The notes under the pieces were generated by a model, which had not been told where the DNA came from, did not search any database, and saw only the letters and a list, made by a program, of their open reading frames with translations. The translations under genes were made by a program, and so were the position numbers. A DNA stretch of 47,693 bases from a virus (Duplodnaviria > Caudoviricetes): positions 1-47,693 of the IMG/VR virus record IMGVR_UViG_3300013128_000003. One strand, 5' to 3'. Shown here piece after piece: positions 1 to 7,216 of the stretch (positions within the stretch are counted from its first letter, which is position 1; each line of letters starts with the position of its first letter).

Positions 1-108
1 ATAGTTTAATTGGAAAAAGTACCGGATTGACATTACGTTTAAATAAGAGTAATAGAAACAATTCTAAAATCAATTATGCTGATAAATTTTTAGATGTAAA
101 CAATATAT

Positions 109-196
109 GGTTGGGTGGCAGAGCGGTCTAATGCAGAGCTTTGCTAAAGCTCCGAGGTGAAAGCCTCCGAAAGTTCGAATCTTTCCTCAACCGCCA
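109..196 (+). tRNA. tRNA-Ser(GCT)
   Basis: Acceptor GGTTGGG/CTCAACC, anticodon arm GAGCT-TTGCTAA-AGCTC, long variable arm, T-arm GAAAG-TTCGAAT-CTTTC, discriminator G, encoded CCA. Confidence 0.95.
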
Positions 197-204
197 TTTT
201 AAAT

Positions 205-280
205 GCACGTGTAGCTCAGTTGGTAGAGTACGAGTTTTCCAAACTTGTTGTCGCCGGTTCAAGCCCGGCCACGTGCTCCA
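205..280 (+). tRNA. tRNA-Gly(TCC)
   Basis: Acceptor GCACGTG/CACGTGC, anticodon arm CGAGT-TTTCCAA-ACTTG, T-arm GCCGG-TTCAAGC-CCGGC, discriminator T, CCA. Confidence 0.95.
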
Positions 281-302
281 ACTTAAAAAAGAAAGTATAT
301 AT

Positions 303-425
303 ATGCCGTATAGATCATCACATAATAGAAAAGGTTATAAACGAAAGACAAAAAGTGGTAAAACAGTAAATGTAACATCACATTACGTCAAAAGAAGTTG
401 TACAAAAGCACGTAAAAAGAAATAA
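303..425 (+). CDS. 40-aa highly basic peptide (MPYRSSHNRKGYKRKTKSGKTVNVTSHYVKRSCTKARKKK)
   Basis: ATG at 303 fills the gap between two tRNAs; weak GAAAG upstream; it is the 3' part of track ORF 141..425, whose 5' part overlaps tRNAs. Confidence 0.55.
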   Translation: MPYRSSHNRKGYKRKTKSGKTVNVTSHYVKRSCTKARKKK

Positions 426-436
426 TTTTCAGTAAC

Positions 437-510
437 TGGGGATTTGCATAATGGTAGTGCCGCTGACTTTGAATCAGCAGGTGGAAATTCGATTTTTCCA
501 TCCCCAACCA
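437..510 (+). tRNA. tRNA-Gln(TTG)
   Basis: Acceptor TGGGGAT/ATCCCCA, anticodon arm GCTGA-CTTTGAA-TCAGC, T-arm GGAAA-TTCGATT-TTTCC (A53:U61), CCA. Confidence 0.93.
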
Positions 511-518
511 ATTTAATC

Positions 519-598
519 GGGGTATGTGGCTACACGGGTGTAGCACTTGCTTTGCAAGCAAGTTAAATATTGGCGTTCAACTCGCCCATACTCCACCA
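519..598 (+). tRNA. tRNA-Ala(TGC), non-canonical 8/4 fold
   Basis: Acceptor GGGGTATG/CATACTCC with G3:U70, anticodon arm CTTGC-TTTGCAA-GCAAG, 4-bp T stem GGCG-TTCAACT-CGCC, ACCA end. Confidence 0.88.
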
Positions 599-713
599 AA
601 CTTAATTTGAGTATCTAGGCGTTTTTGACTCCACCAATATTGAAGAAAATGTAATTTGTGAATTAAAAAATTGTATTTCTAAAAATTTTAATATATATTA
701 ATGTTCAGAGAGC

Positions 714-787
714 GCGGGTATGATGTAGTGGTAGCCTGCAACTTTGCCAAAGTTGATGTGAGAATTCGATTTTCTCTACCCGCTCCA
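714..787 (+). tRNA. tRNA-Gly(GCC)
   Basis: Acceptor GCGGGTA/TACCCGC, anticodon arm CAACT-TTGCCAA-AGTTG, T-arm GAGAA-TTCGATT-TTCTC (A53:U61), discriminator T, CCA. Confidence 0.92.
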
Positions 788-809
788 ATTTCAGTTCTTT
801 AAAATTTAT

Positions 810-1195
810 GGGCGTATACTGGTTTCGATTTAGTAGTACACCTATGTTAGGCACGTAGAGGATGATAGTTGGCCTCTTTAAAACATCTATTGCAACATTA
901 ACTGCTAAAGATAATGTAATCAGCTATGACTTCTCTTATGATGACGTTGTAGCAGTTGCGGCCTAAGTTGTCGCACCATCCTTCACATTGAAGTCTGATA
1001 TTTGTGTTGGGTGTAAATTATTGGACTGGATCAAACGTTTGATTTGCGCAAATGATCAAGATACTAGTAAATCTTAAGGGCAATATTTTTAGATATTTTT
1101 CATTATTAACCCCTAACAATTTAAAATATATAAACGTGTAGGCTGATATAAGTTATCTATTAAAGACAAGGGTTCAACTCCCTTTACGTCCACCA
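810..1195 (+). ncRNA. ssrA: tmRNA (one-piece)
   Basis: 5' GGGCGTA-TACTGGTTTCGA pairs with 3' TACGTCC-ACCA (G3:U70); T-arm AAGGG-TTCAACT-CCCTT; 386 nt; internal tag frame ending in VAA-stop. Confidence 0.95.
904..966 (+). other. tmRNA tag reading frame (A)AKDNVISYDFSYDDVVAVAA*
   Basis: Resume codon GCT follows TAACT; ends GTT GCG GCC TAA, the typical hydrophobic-Ala-Ala degron end. Confidence 0.85.
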
Positions 1196-1222
1196 TTTTA
1201 TAATATTATATAAATTTACATA

Positions 1223-1230
1223 TATTTATA
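1223..1230 (+). promoter_or_regulatory. putative late promoter TATTTATA
   Basis: Recurrent 8-mer, here 7 nt before ATG 1238. Confidence 0.6.
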
Positions 1231-1237
1231 TACACAT

Positions 1238-1648
1238 ATGAAAAAATATAGTTTATTATATGAAGCTAGTATATATGATTACTTGATATGGGAACCTACT
1301 GGTAGACTGCAAGTTGTAGCCGATGAATTGGATAAAATTTCAACAGATAGTTCTAAATTGTACAGAGGAATGTCTGAGAAAGAGTATAATATTTTAAACA
1401 CTACAGGTAAAGTTACGTCTAAGGGCAGGGGTAATACCAGAAACATCGTGGGTAGTTATTTAGCGAGTGATTTTAAATTGGCAGCAAGGTTTGCCTTGGT
1501 CAATTATAGAGATAAGAAAGAAGGTATAATCGTAGTGTTGGACAAAAACAAATTACCAGACTTAAAAAATGTAGATCCTGGCAATTATGTTACTAGTTAT
1601 ATACCAAAGGAAGCAGTAACACAAATTATAGACTTAAAAAAGTTATGA
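1238..1648 (+). CDS. putative ADP-ribosyltransferase-fold protein
   Basis: KLYRGM strand, then YLASDFKLAARFA and a hydrophobic strand, matching the LYRG...S...A..FA layout of ART domains. Confidence 0.5.
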   Translation: MKKYSLLYEASIYDYLIWEPTGRLQVVADELDKISTDSSKLYRGMSEKEYNILNTTGKVTSKGRGNTRNIVGSYLASDFKLAARFALVNYRDKKEGIIVVLDKNKLPDLKNVDPGNYVTSYIPKEAVTQIIDLKKL

Positions 1649-1833
1649 GTAATATTAAATTAACAAAACAACAAGCAGAACAAAAAGTATATCAACTAAC
1701 CGAAGATCTTTTACACGTTAAGAAGGATTTTAAGGATGTAGCCGCTGGTTACAAAGAACGTATGAAAGAAATTGAATCTGAAATTAAAGCAATTGTAGAA
1801 GAAGCTTCAATTGGTGATCCAACGAAAAATTAA
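1645..1833 (+). CDS. small coiled-coil hypothetical protein
   Basis: ATGA overlap with upstream gene; heptad pattern; followed by terminator. Confidence 0.8.
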   Translation: MSNIKLTKQQAEQKVYQLTEDLLHVKKDFKDVAAGYKERMKEIESEIKAIVEEASIGDPTKN

Positions 1834-1839
1834 ATCAAT

Positions 1840-1873
1840 AAAAAACCCGGTGTAAAAACCGGGTTTTATTTTT
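1840..1873. terminator. bidirectional intrinsic terminator
   Basis: AAAACCCGGT-loop-ACCGGGTTTT with A/T tracts on both sides, between convergent genes. Confidence 0.85.
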
Positions 1874-2155
1874 TTATTCTTTTGTATTTGGCTTAAACGT
1901 ACCATCTTTAAGATTCAAGCTACCATCTCCATATTTTGTAGCTAAACTATTTAGTAGATTTTCTTCAAGTTTTTGAATATCTTTCCATTCATTTAAGATT
2001 GATGTGCGTCTATCTTCTAGTTCTTTTTTGCTTTGATCTATTTCAATGTCTTCTAATTGAATTTGGCCAAGTTCAAATATTTTTTGTTGGTATTTGGATT
2101 GTAATATTGCAATTTCTTGCATTTCTTGATCAGTAAATTTGATGATGTCACTCAT
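1874..2155 (-). CDS. hypothetical coiled-coil protein
   Basis: 93-aa ORF, helical body ending KYGDGSLNLKDGTF; TAATTATT motif upstream. Confidence 0.85.
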   Translation of the reverse strand: MSDIIKFTDQEMQEIAILQSKYQQKIFELGQIQLEDIEIDQSKKELEDRRTSILNEWKDIQKLEENLLNSLATKYGDGSLNLKDGTFKPNTKE

Positions 2156-2206
2156 AATATTTTAAGATACATATTCAATAATTATTTGTGTGAATTATTA
2201 TAATTG

Positions 2207-4450
2207 TCAAATGAAAAAGCTTTTGTAATCGGATGCTCTATATATAGAGTCCTCTTTCAAATGTTGAAAAGCCCCTTTTTCGAAATCTTTGCTCTTATCA
2301 GATAATTTAATTGCTAATTCTTCATCGTCTCTACCAGTTTTAGCAAGATCATTTAGTTTTGCGATTTGTTTAGCGGCTCCTTTTGGATCTAAAGGTTTCA
2401 TACCAGTCTTGCTAACAGAATTCCATTTTCCTCCAAAGTATTGAAATACAGCATTTGGCGTCAATGGTTTTTCCTCTTGTTTTGCTCTTATAATTAATTT
2501 TTCTTTTGGTTTAAATCCACTTTGTGCTTGGACTGGGCCCAACAAATCCAATCCTTGTAGTGCTGCATCAATTACTTTGTTTCTCTTTTTACTACCTTTT
2601 TTATATACTAACACATTACCAATGTCCAAACAAATAATGATAAGTTGTTTTAGATCTGATTTTTTAAGGCTAGTTGGATTTAATTTTTGTAGAATTAACT
2701 TCAAGTCGATTAACATAGTAAACATTGCTCTAATATTTGCAATATCTGGACCAGTCAACTTTCCAGTGGCGCTAGTATTTGGAACAACTGGCGTACCCTT
2801 GGTTTCCAAATCTTCGTTCTTTGGAGCAGATCCAGCTGGCAAACTGGTTTTACCGCCGATTACTGGAGGTGTACCAATTACTGGAGGCGTACCAATTACT
2901 GGAGGCGTACCAGTTACTGGAGGCGTACCAGTTACTGGAGGCGTACCAGTTACTGGAGGTGTAATTTTTACACCAGCTTTTTGTTGAGGAATTGGTAACT
3001 TAGGTGGTTGTGAAGGATCCTCATTAAAGTTATAAACACTATTTGGATTCTTTTTGTTAAAAACTTGACGTAGTTCAAGGGTAGTACCAATTAAATTTGG
3101 AATAGCAGTAGTAAATTGATTGATAAATATTTGTCGTTCTTTATTTTGTGCCAATAAATCAGCTGCAGCTTCGGCCAGTGAAGTAAACTGAGGATCTTTT
3201 GTAATTTCAGCACGAACAGCATTTGGATCACCAACCTTTTGACGATATTTAACAGACGCATCACTAATCGCTTTGTTAAAATTAATCAAGAAGGTATTTA
3301 ATGTAGCAATACTAGCCTTAGCCTCTGGACTTTTTGGATCATCATCGGCTTTTAACAAATTTACCACACGTTGTTGTAAATTTCCACTGAACAATGGACT
3401 TGACTTCAATGCGGTTAAATATTTTGTTAAATTTCTATTTGAATATACGCCCGTCGGAGTAACAGAATTATCTGGTTTAGGGGGTTGGATTGGTTGTTTT
3501 TCTGGATTAGGGGGCTGGTTTGGTTGTTCTTCTGGATTAGTTTGTATTTGTGAATTAGAAAAAGCATAGTCTATAGAGTTATTACCTCTTATTGCAATAT
3601 ATGCGGCAAATAATTTCTTAAAAATATCGCCTATATCATTTTTATGTAAAATAATATAAAGTTTCTTAAATTCATGCGGTTTAATTCCCAACGATGGAAC
3701 GATTTTATTAACTATCGATTGAAATTTATTAATAAATTCAGTCTTCTTGGTATTGTCGTCCCAATATCCCAACTCATCTATTTCTTTTATAATAGGTGGT
3801 CTTATAGGCAATTCTATATTTTTAGGTATCGTTTTACTATCATTCGTTATATTATTCAAAACATTTTTAGCGTCTACTGGTAAACTATCATATAAACTGT
3901 TAAAATCTTGTTTTATTTTATTTACATCTATCTGTTTTAAAATTGTACCATTTCCGATATCATCTCCGAATTTTAAATCGTCAATGTTTAAAGTTTGATA
4001 TCCATCTCGGTTTTGTCTTCCAGCAGTGCCTGTTGTGCCAGCAGTGCCTGTTGTGCCAGAAGTGCCTGTTGTGCCAGCAGTGCCTGTTGTGCCAGCAGTG
4101 CCTGTTGTGCCAGAAGTGCCTGTTGTGCCAGAAGTGCCTGTTGTACTTTTTATCGATTTAATCTTATTTGATAAATCCATCAATTGTGTTACATATTGAA
4201 TTATTTCGGGGGTAATTAAATCTTTACTTGGACCATTTGTGAGATCATTAATAAGATTTTCTTTGGTTGATCCTATTTCACTTGCAATATTAGTTAAAAG
4301 AACATCTATATTTTTATCCAAAATTTCTAGATCGTTAGGTGACAATTCTTTTTTTCCACCTAAGCCCACTGATCCTTTTAATTTATCTAAAAAACCAGCT
4401 TCATTTAAAAATTCTTTATACAACTCTTCGGTGTAATTTATTTCATTCAT
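2207..4450 (-). CDS. large low-complexity protein, possible internal head/ejected protein
   Basis: 747-aa ORF with TTGT(S/A)G, QP-rich and TPPV(T/I)G repeat linkers and several L/I-x-E motifs; function is inference. Confidence 0.8.
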   Translation of the reverse strand: MNEINYTEELYKEFLNEAGFLDKLKGSVGLGGKKELSPNDLEILDKNIDVLLTNIASEIGSTKENLINDLTNGPSKDLITPEIIQYVTQLMDLSNKIKSIKSTTGTSGTTGTSGTTGTAGTTGTAGTTGTSGTTGTAGTTGTAGRQNRDGYQTLNIDDLKFGDDIGNGTILKQIDVNKIKQDFNSLYDSLPVDAKNVLNNITNDSKTIPKNIELPIRPPIIKEIDELGYWDDNTKKTEFINKFQSIVNKIVPSLGIKPHEFKKLYIILHKNDIGDIFKKLFAAYIAIRGNNSIDYAFSNSQIQTNPEEQPNQPPNPEKQPIQPPKPDNSVTPTGVYSNRNLTKYLTALKSSPLFSGNLQQRVVNLLKADDDPKSPEAKASIATLNTFLINFNKAISDASVKYRQKVGDPNAVRAEITKDPQFTSLAEAAADLLAQNKERQIFINQFTTAIPNLIGTTLELRQVFNKKNPNSVYNFNEDPSQPPKLPIPQQKAGVKITPPVTGTPPVTGTPPVTGTPPVIGTPPVIGTPPVIGGKTSLPAGSAPKNEDLETKGTPVVPNTSATGKLTGPDIANIRAMFTMLIDLKLILQKLNPTSLKKSDLKQLIIICLDIGNVLVYKKGSKKRNKVIDAALQGLDLLGPVQAQSGFKPKEKLIIRAKQEEKPLTPNAVFQYFGGKWNSVSKTGMKPLDPKGAAKQIAKLNDLAKTGRDDEELAIKLSDKSKDFEKGAFQHLKEDSIYRASDYKSFFI
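2860..2963. repeat. 18-bp coding tandem repeat (about 5.8 copies), TPPV(T/I)G
   Basis: TTACTGGAGG(T/C)GTACCA(A/G) units. Confidence 0.95.
3471..3540. repeat. 30-bp coding repeat (about 2.3 copies), NPE(E/K)QP(N/I)QPP
   Basis: TCTGG(T/A)TTAGGGGG(T/C)TGG units. Confidence 0.8.
4020..4145. repeat. 18-bp coding tandem repeat (7 copies), TTGT(S/A)G
   Basis: CCAG(C/A)AGTGCCTGTTGTG units. Confidence 0.95.
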
Positions 4451-4451
4451 A

Positions 4452-6194
4452 TTATATATATAGTTTTTTAATCAACGTCTTGTATACTGATTCTTTTAAA
4501 GTTTCACCCGCTTGTTTAGCTAATTGATTAAGAATGTTTACATCAATTTGACCTCCCATTTCTTGTTTCATTTGATAACCTGCTAGTGCAGATGCAGCTT
4601 CATCTTTTGTTAATGTACCGATTACATTTACACCATTGATTGATAAAGGTATTTTGTCACCCACAAGAAGTGCGTTAAATTTAAGTGGAGCTCCAGAATA
4701 AAATTGTTCTGGTTTTATAATTCCTGCTTGAAGTGCTTTTAATAAAATTCTATATGGTCCAACTCCAAATGTATCAATATAGGATTGCATATATAGACTT
4801 GAATCAATTTGTCCATTTAATGCAGCTTTACCTATTTCGTTTACAGATTTACCAGCAATAGCAGCAGTTACATCACCTGTAACTGCAGAGGTTTGTTTGA
4901 CTATTGTTGCTAGTGCGTTTTTAGGTAATCCACCGGCGCTATTAACAACTTTCATAATATCCTGTGTATCTGCCCATTTAAGGAATTCTTTTATCCCTGA
5001 AATACTTTCCTCAAAATTCTGATTACTAACCTCTGCTTTAAAAGCATCAAGTAATTTTTGATTTGTGCTAATAATTTTCAATAGTGCTGGATCCGCGCCG
5101 GGCCTTGGAGCAACCATTAACTTTGATATATCAGGTTCAGATACCTTAACGTTTCCACTCAACGTAGCTGCATCCGAAAACTGATCTGATCCAGGTGATC
5201 CTACAAAGTAAGATTTAGCGCCATCAATAAATCCTCCGCCCTTGAAGTAACTAAATAATCCTTTTGTAAGTGATCCACCAACCAATGATAAACCTGTGAC
5301 TACTAATGCATTTTTAAACGCGTTGCCCCAAGATTCTTTTTTGAGATAATGACCAACAATTGTTCTTATTAATAAACCAACTAAAACTCCGATTGCCAAT
5401 GATGTACCTACACTAGCACCTGCGAATGATACTGATAACATTTTTGTGATGTTAATTAACAAACCGATTATTGTATTGGTCCATTTTGGATTTAATTTTG
5501 TAAAATTTTGTAATTGATCAAGAGTTGATTTTCCAGAAGAATCGTTCTCATATGTTATGGTACCATCAGGTGCTCTTTTTGCAATCTTCATACTTGGACC
5601 CAATTTGGTCATTATCATTTGCCAAGCTGATCCTTGTTTTTTAGCATCCAATATATCTGATTTTAATGAAGACGACCAATTTACAAATCGAGTGAAAGCA
5701 TTTACTACAATCGATTGAAATAGGTTCATTGCGATTTGTCCGGCTTTACCACCTAATTCTTTTGTTTTTAGTGCAGCCTTTTGAATGATGCTTGGTTCGG
5801 ATCCAATATTTTTTGGTATGGATGTATCTTTTAGTCTTGCATCAGAACCAAAATTATCTAGATATGATTTATTATCACCGTGAAATTTATTAATCAGTGA
5901 TAATATATTTTTGGAAGTATCAGCTGTTGATACTGGATCTGATGCGGCTTCTATTAACAGTGATATGTCTGAAATTTGTTGATTGCGTTTGTATATTTCT
6001 CTTAATGTTTTACGAGTACCAACGCTTAGTTTAAATTCTGCTAAATGTAGGGTGTTATTTTCTATACATTCGTGAAGAATAGCTAATTCATTTAACATTC
6101 GATTGAATGTAAATTCAGATTTTTTTAAATTATTAATGGTTTGTTTAGACAAATTCGGATTTAACCATTGATTTTCTTCCAATAAAGATATCAT
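4452..6194 (-). CDS. large protein with central hydrophobic segments, possible ejected/membrane protein
   Basis: 580-aa ORF; hydrophobic stretches (LAIGVLVGLLIRTIVG, ALVVTGLSLVGG); TATTTATA 5 nt before ATG; L-x-E motifs near both ends. Confidence 0.8.
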   Translation of the reverse strand: MISLLEENQWLNPNLSKQTINNLKKSEFTFNRMLNELAILHECIENNTLHLAEFKLSVGTRKTLREIYKRNQQISDISLLIEAASDPVSTADTSKNILSLINKFHGDNKSYLDNFGSDARLKDTSIPKNIGSEPSIIQKAALKTKELGGKAGQIAMNLFQSIVVNAFTRFVNWSSSLKSDILDAKKQGSAWQMIMTKLGPSMKIAKRAPDGTITYENDSSGKSTLDQLQNFTKLNPKWTNTIIGLLINITKMLSVSFAGASVGTSLAIGVLVGLLIRTIVGHYLKKESWGNAFKNALVVTGLSLVGGSLTKGLFSYFKGGGFIDGAKSYFVGSPGSDQFSDAATLSGNVKVSEPDISKLMVAPRPGADPALLKIISTNQKLLDAFKAEVSNQNFEESISGIKEFLKWADTQDIMKVVNSAGGLPKNALATIVKQTSAVTGDVTAAIAGKSVNEIGKAALNGQIDSSLYMQSYIDTFGVGPYRILLKALQAGIIKPEQFYSGAPLKFNALLVGDKIPLSINGVNVIGTLTKDEAASALAGYQMKQEMGGQIDVNILNQLAKQAGETLKESVYKTLIKKLYI

Positions 6195-6199
6195 ATATT

Positions 6200-6207
6200 T
6201 ATAAATA
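6200..6207 (-). promoter_or_regulatory. putative late promoter TATTTATA (minus strand)
   Basis: Plus-strand TATAAATA, 5 nt before the minus-strand ATG at 6194. Confidence 0.6.
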
Positions 6208-6240
6208 TGCTGGTGTAAGTAAAAATTGATTAAAATAAAG

Positions 6241-6269
6241 TTGACACAATTGTGGTTTGTATGTATTAT
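6241..6269 (+). promoter_or_regulatory. sigma70-type promoter TTGACA-N17-TATTAT
   Basis: Consensus -35, 17-nt spacer, 5/6 match at -10, A-rich upstream region. Confidence 0.75.
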
Positions 6270-6347
6270 AGATTATATTCTAAGGCTGGTAATCTTAGAG
6301 TCATTGGTTTATTACCACGTTTAAATATTAAATTAAATTATATTAGT

Positions 6348-6539
6348 ATGACAGGTAAAAGTGAGAACTCAGTGCAAAATAGTGTTAAATACGTAATTTT
6401 ACGTGATGGTCGCCGAGTATCGGATTTGGAATATATTTCCAAAGATGAAGCTAGAGTCGAATATGATCATTGGAAGTCTATTATTAAAAGATGGCCAGAT
6501 GGATCGAAAGTTGAAATTGTAGAAGTTAAAAATAATTAA
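6348..6539 (+). CDS. hypothetical protein (63 aa)
   Basis: Track start 6252 lies inside the promoter, so ATG 6348 (MTGKSENS...) is preferred. Confidence 0.75.
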   Translation: MTGKSENSVQNSVKYVILRDGRRVSDLEYISKDEARVEYDHWKSIIKRWPDGSKVEIVEVKNN

Positions 6540-6541
6540 TT

Positions 6542-6793
6542 ATGGGACTAAGAGAACAAATTAAAAATGCAAATTCAGAATCAGAGATTACTTCTCTACT
6601 AACAAAAGCTCAGTCTTTTGAGTTTGCAGCTGATAAAACTAAGAAATCGTGGAAATCAACAGCTAGATTTAGATTGGCGCAATTGTCAAGTAAAGATGTG
6701 GCACAAAATCCTGAAAAACCTGTTGAATCTAAAAAATCTTCTAAAAAGAAAAAAGGTAAATATACAGAAAATACAGAGGTTGCGAGTTTGTAA
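6542..6793 (+). CDS. hypothetical protein with basic C-terminal tail
   Basis: 83-aa ORF coupled to upstream stop; followed by terminator. Confidence 0.8.
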   Translation: MGLREQIKNANSESEITSLLTKAQSFEFAADKTKKSWKSTARFRLAQLSSKDVAQNPEKPVESKKSSKKKKGKYTENTEVASL

Positions 6794-6814
6794 TTAAGAA
6801 TATATTTGATATGA

Positions 6815-6848
6815 AAAGACGTTACGTAAGTAACGTCTTTCTTTTTTT
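6815..6848 (+). terminator. intrinsic terminator
   Basis: AAAGACGTTAC-GTAA-GTAACGTCTTT plus T tract. Confidence 0.85.
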
Positions 6849-6853
6849 ACAGA

Positions 6854-6861
6854 TATTTATA
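6854..6861 (+). promoter_or_regulatory. putative late promoter TATTTATA
   Basis: 4 nt before ATG 6866, directly after a terminator. Confidence 0.6.
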
Positions 6862-6865
6862 TATA

Positions 6866-7216
6866 ATGTCAGGTAAACTTTTAACATTAACCTTGCCTTC
6901 TGATTATGATCAGATGGAAAGTTTAATTAAGTTGAATAAAATAAAATTGATGGAACATATAGTTACATCGATAGGTTATGCGTTAAACAACAATTTAGAT
7001 GTTATAGAAATATTTAACTTTGAAAATTCAGATTTTATTGTAGTTCTTGACTACGAATCGTTTGAATTTAATTTAGATAATATATACGACTATTATATTT
7101 CTACGGAAATTTATGAAAAATGTAGTCGTGTTTTAAATATCAAACAACAACTAAACCAAAAAAATGAGCAAGAAAAAAGACACAAGTCCAAAGGTTCACC
7201 AAAACGAAAAAATTAG
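6866..7216 (+). CDS. hypothetical protein with a UVR-like (E.YEKC) motif
   Basis: 116-aa ORF; YYISTEIYEKCSRV resembles the UvrB/C helical hairpin motif. Confidence 0.7.
   Translation: MSGKLLTLTLPSDYDQMESLIKLNKIKLMEHIVTSIGYALNNNLDVIEIFNFENSDFIVVLDYESFEFNLDNIYDYYISTEIYEKCSRVLNIKQQLNQKNEQEKRHKSKGSPKRKN

Noticed and set aside
1-40. D-arm-like ATAGTTTAATTGGAAAAAG at the window edge
   Set aside because: No anticodon stem, T-arm or CCA follows; at most a tRNA remnant.
141-369. Track ORFs 141..425 (5' part) and 157..369
   Set aside because: They overlap tRNA-Ser and tRNA-Gly; shadow ORFs.
608-636. Mini-hairpin ending CTCCACCA after tRNA-Ala
   Set aside because: Only about 4 bp of stem and no arms; cannot support a tRNA or minihelix call.
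2577-4527. Plus-strand ORFs opposite the 747-aa gene, including the CLLCQQ 'metallothionein-like' and LLEAYQ ORFs
   Set aside because: Antisense readings of stop-free tandem repeats; no independent start signals.
6252-6347. Track start of the 95-aa ORF
   Set aside because: The GTG start lies inside the TTGACA-N17-TATTAT promoter; ATG 6348 is more plausible.
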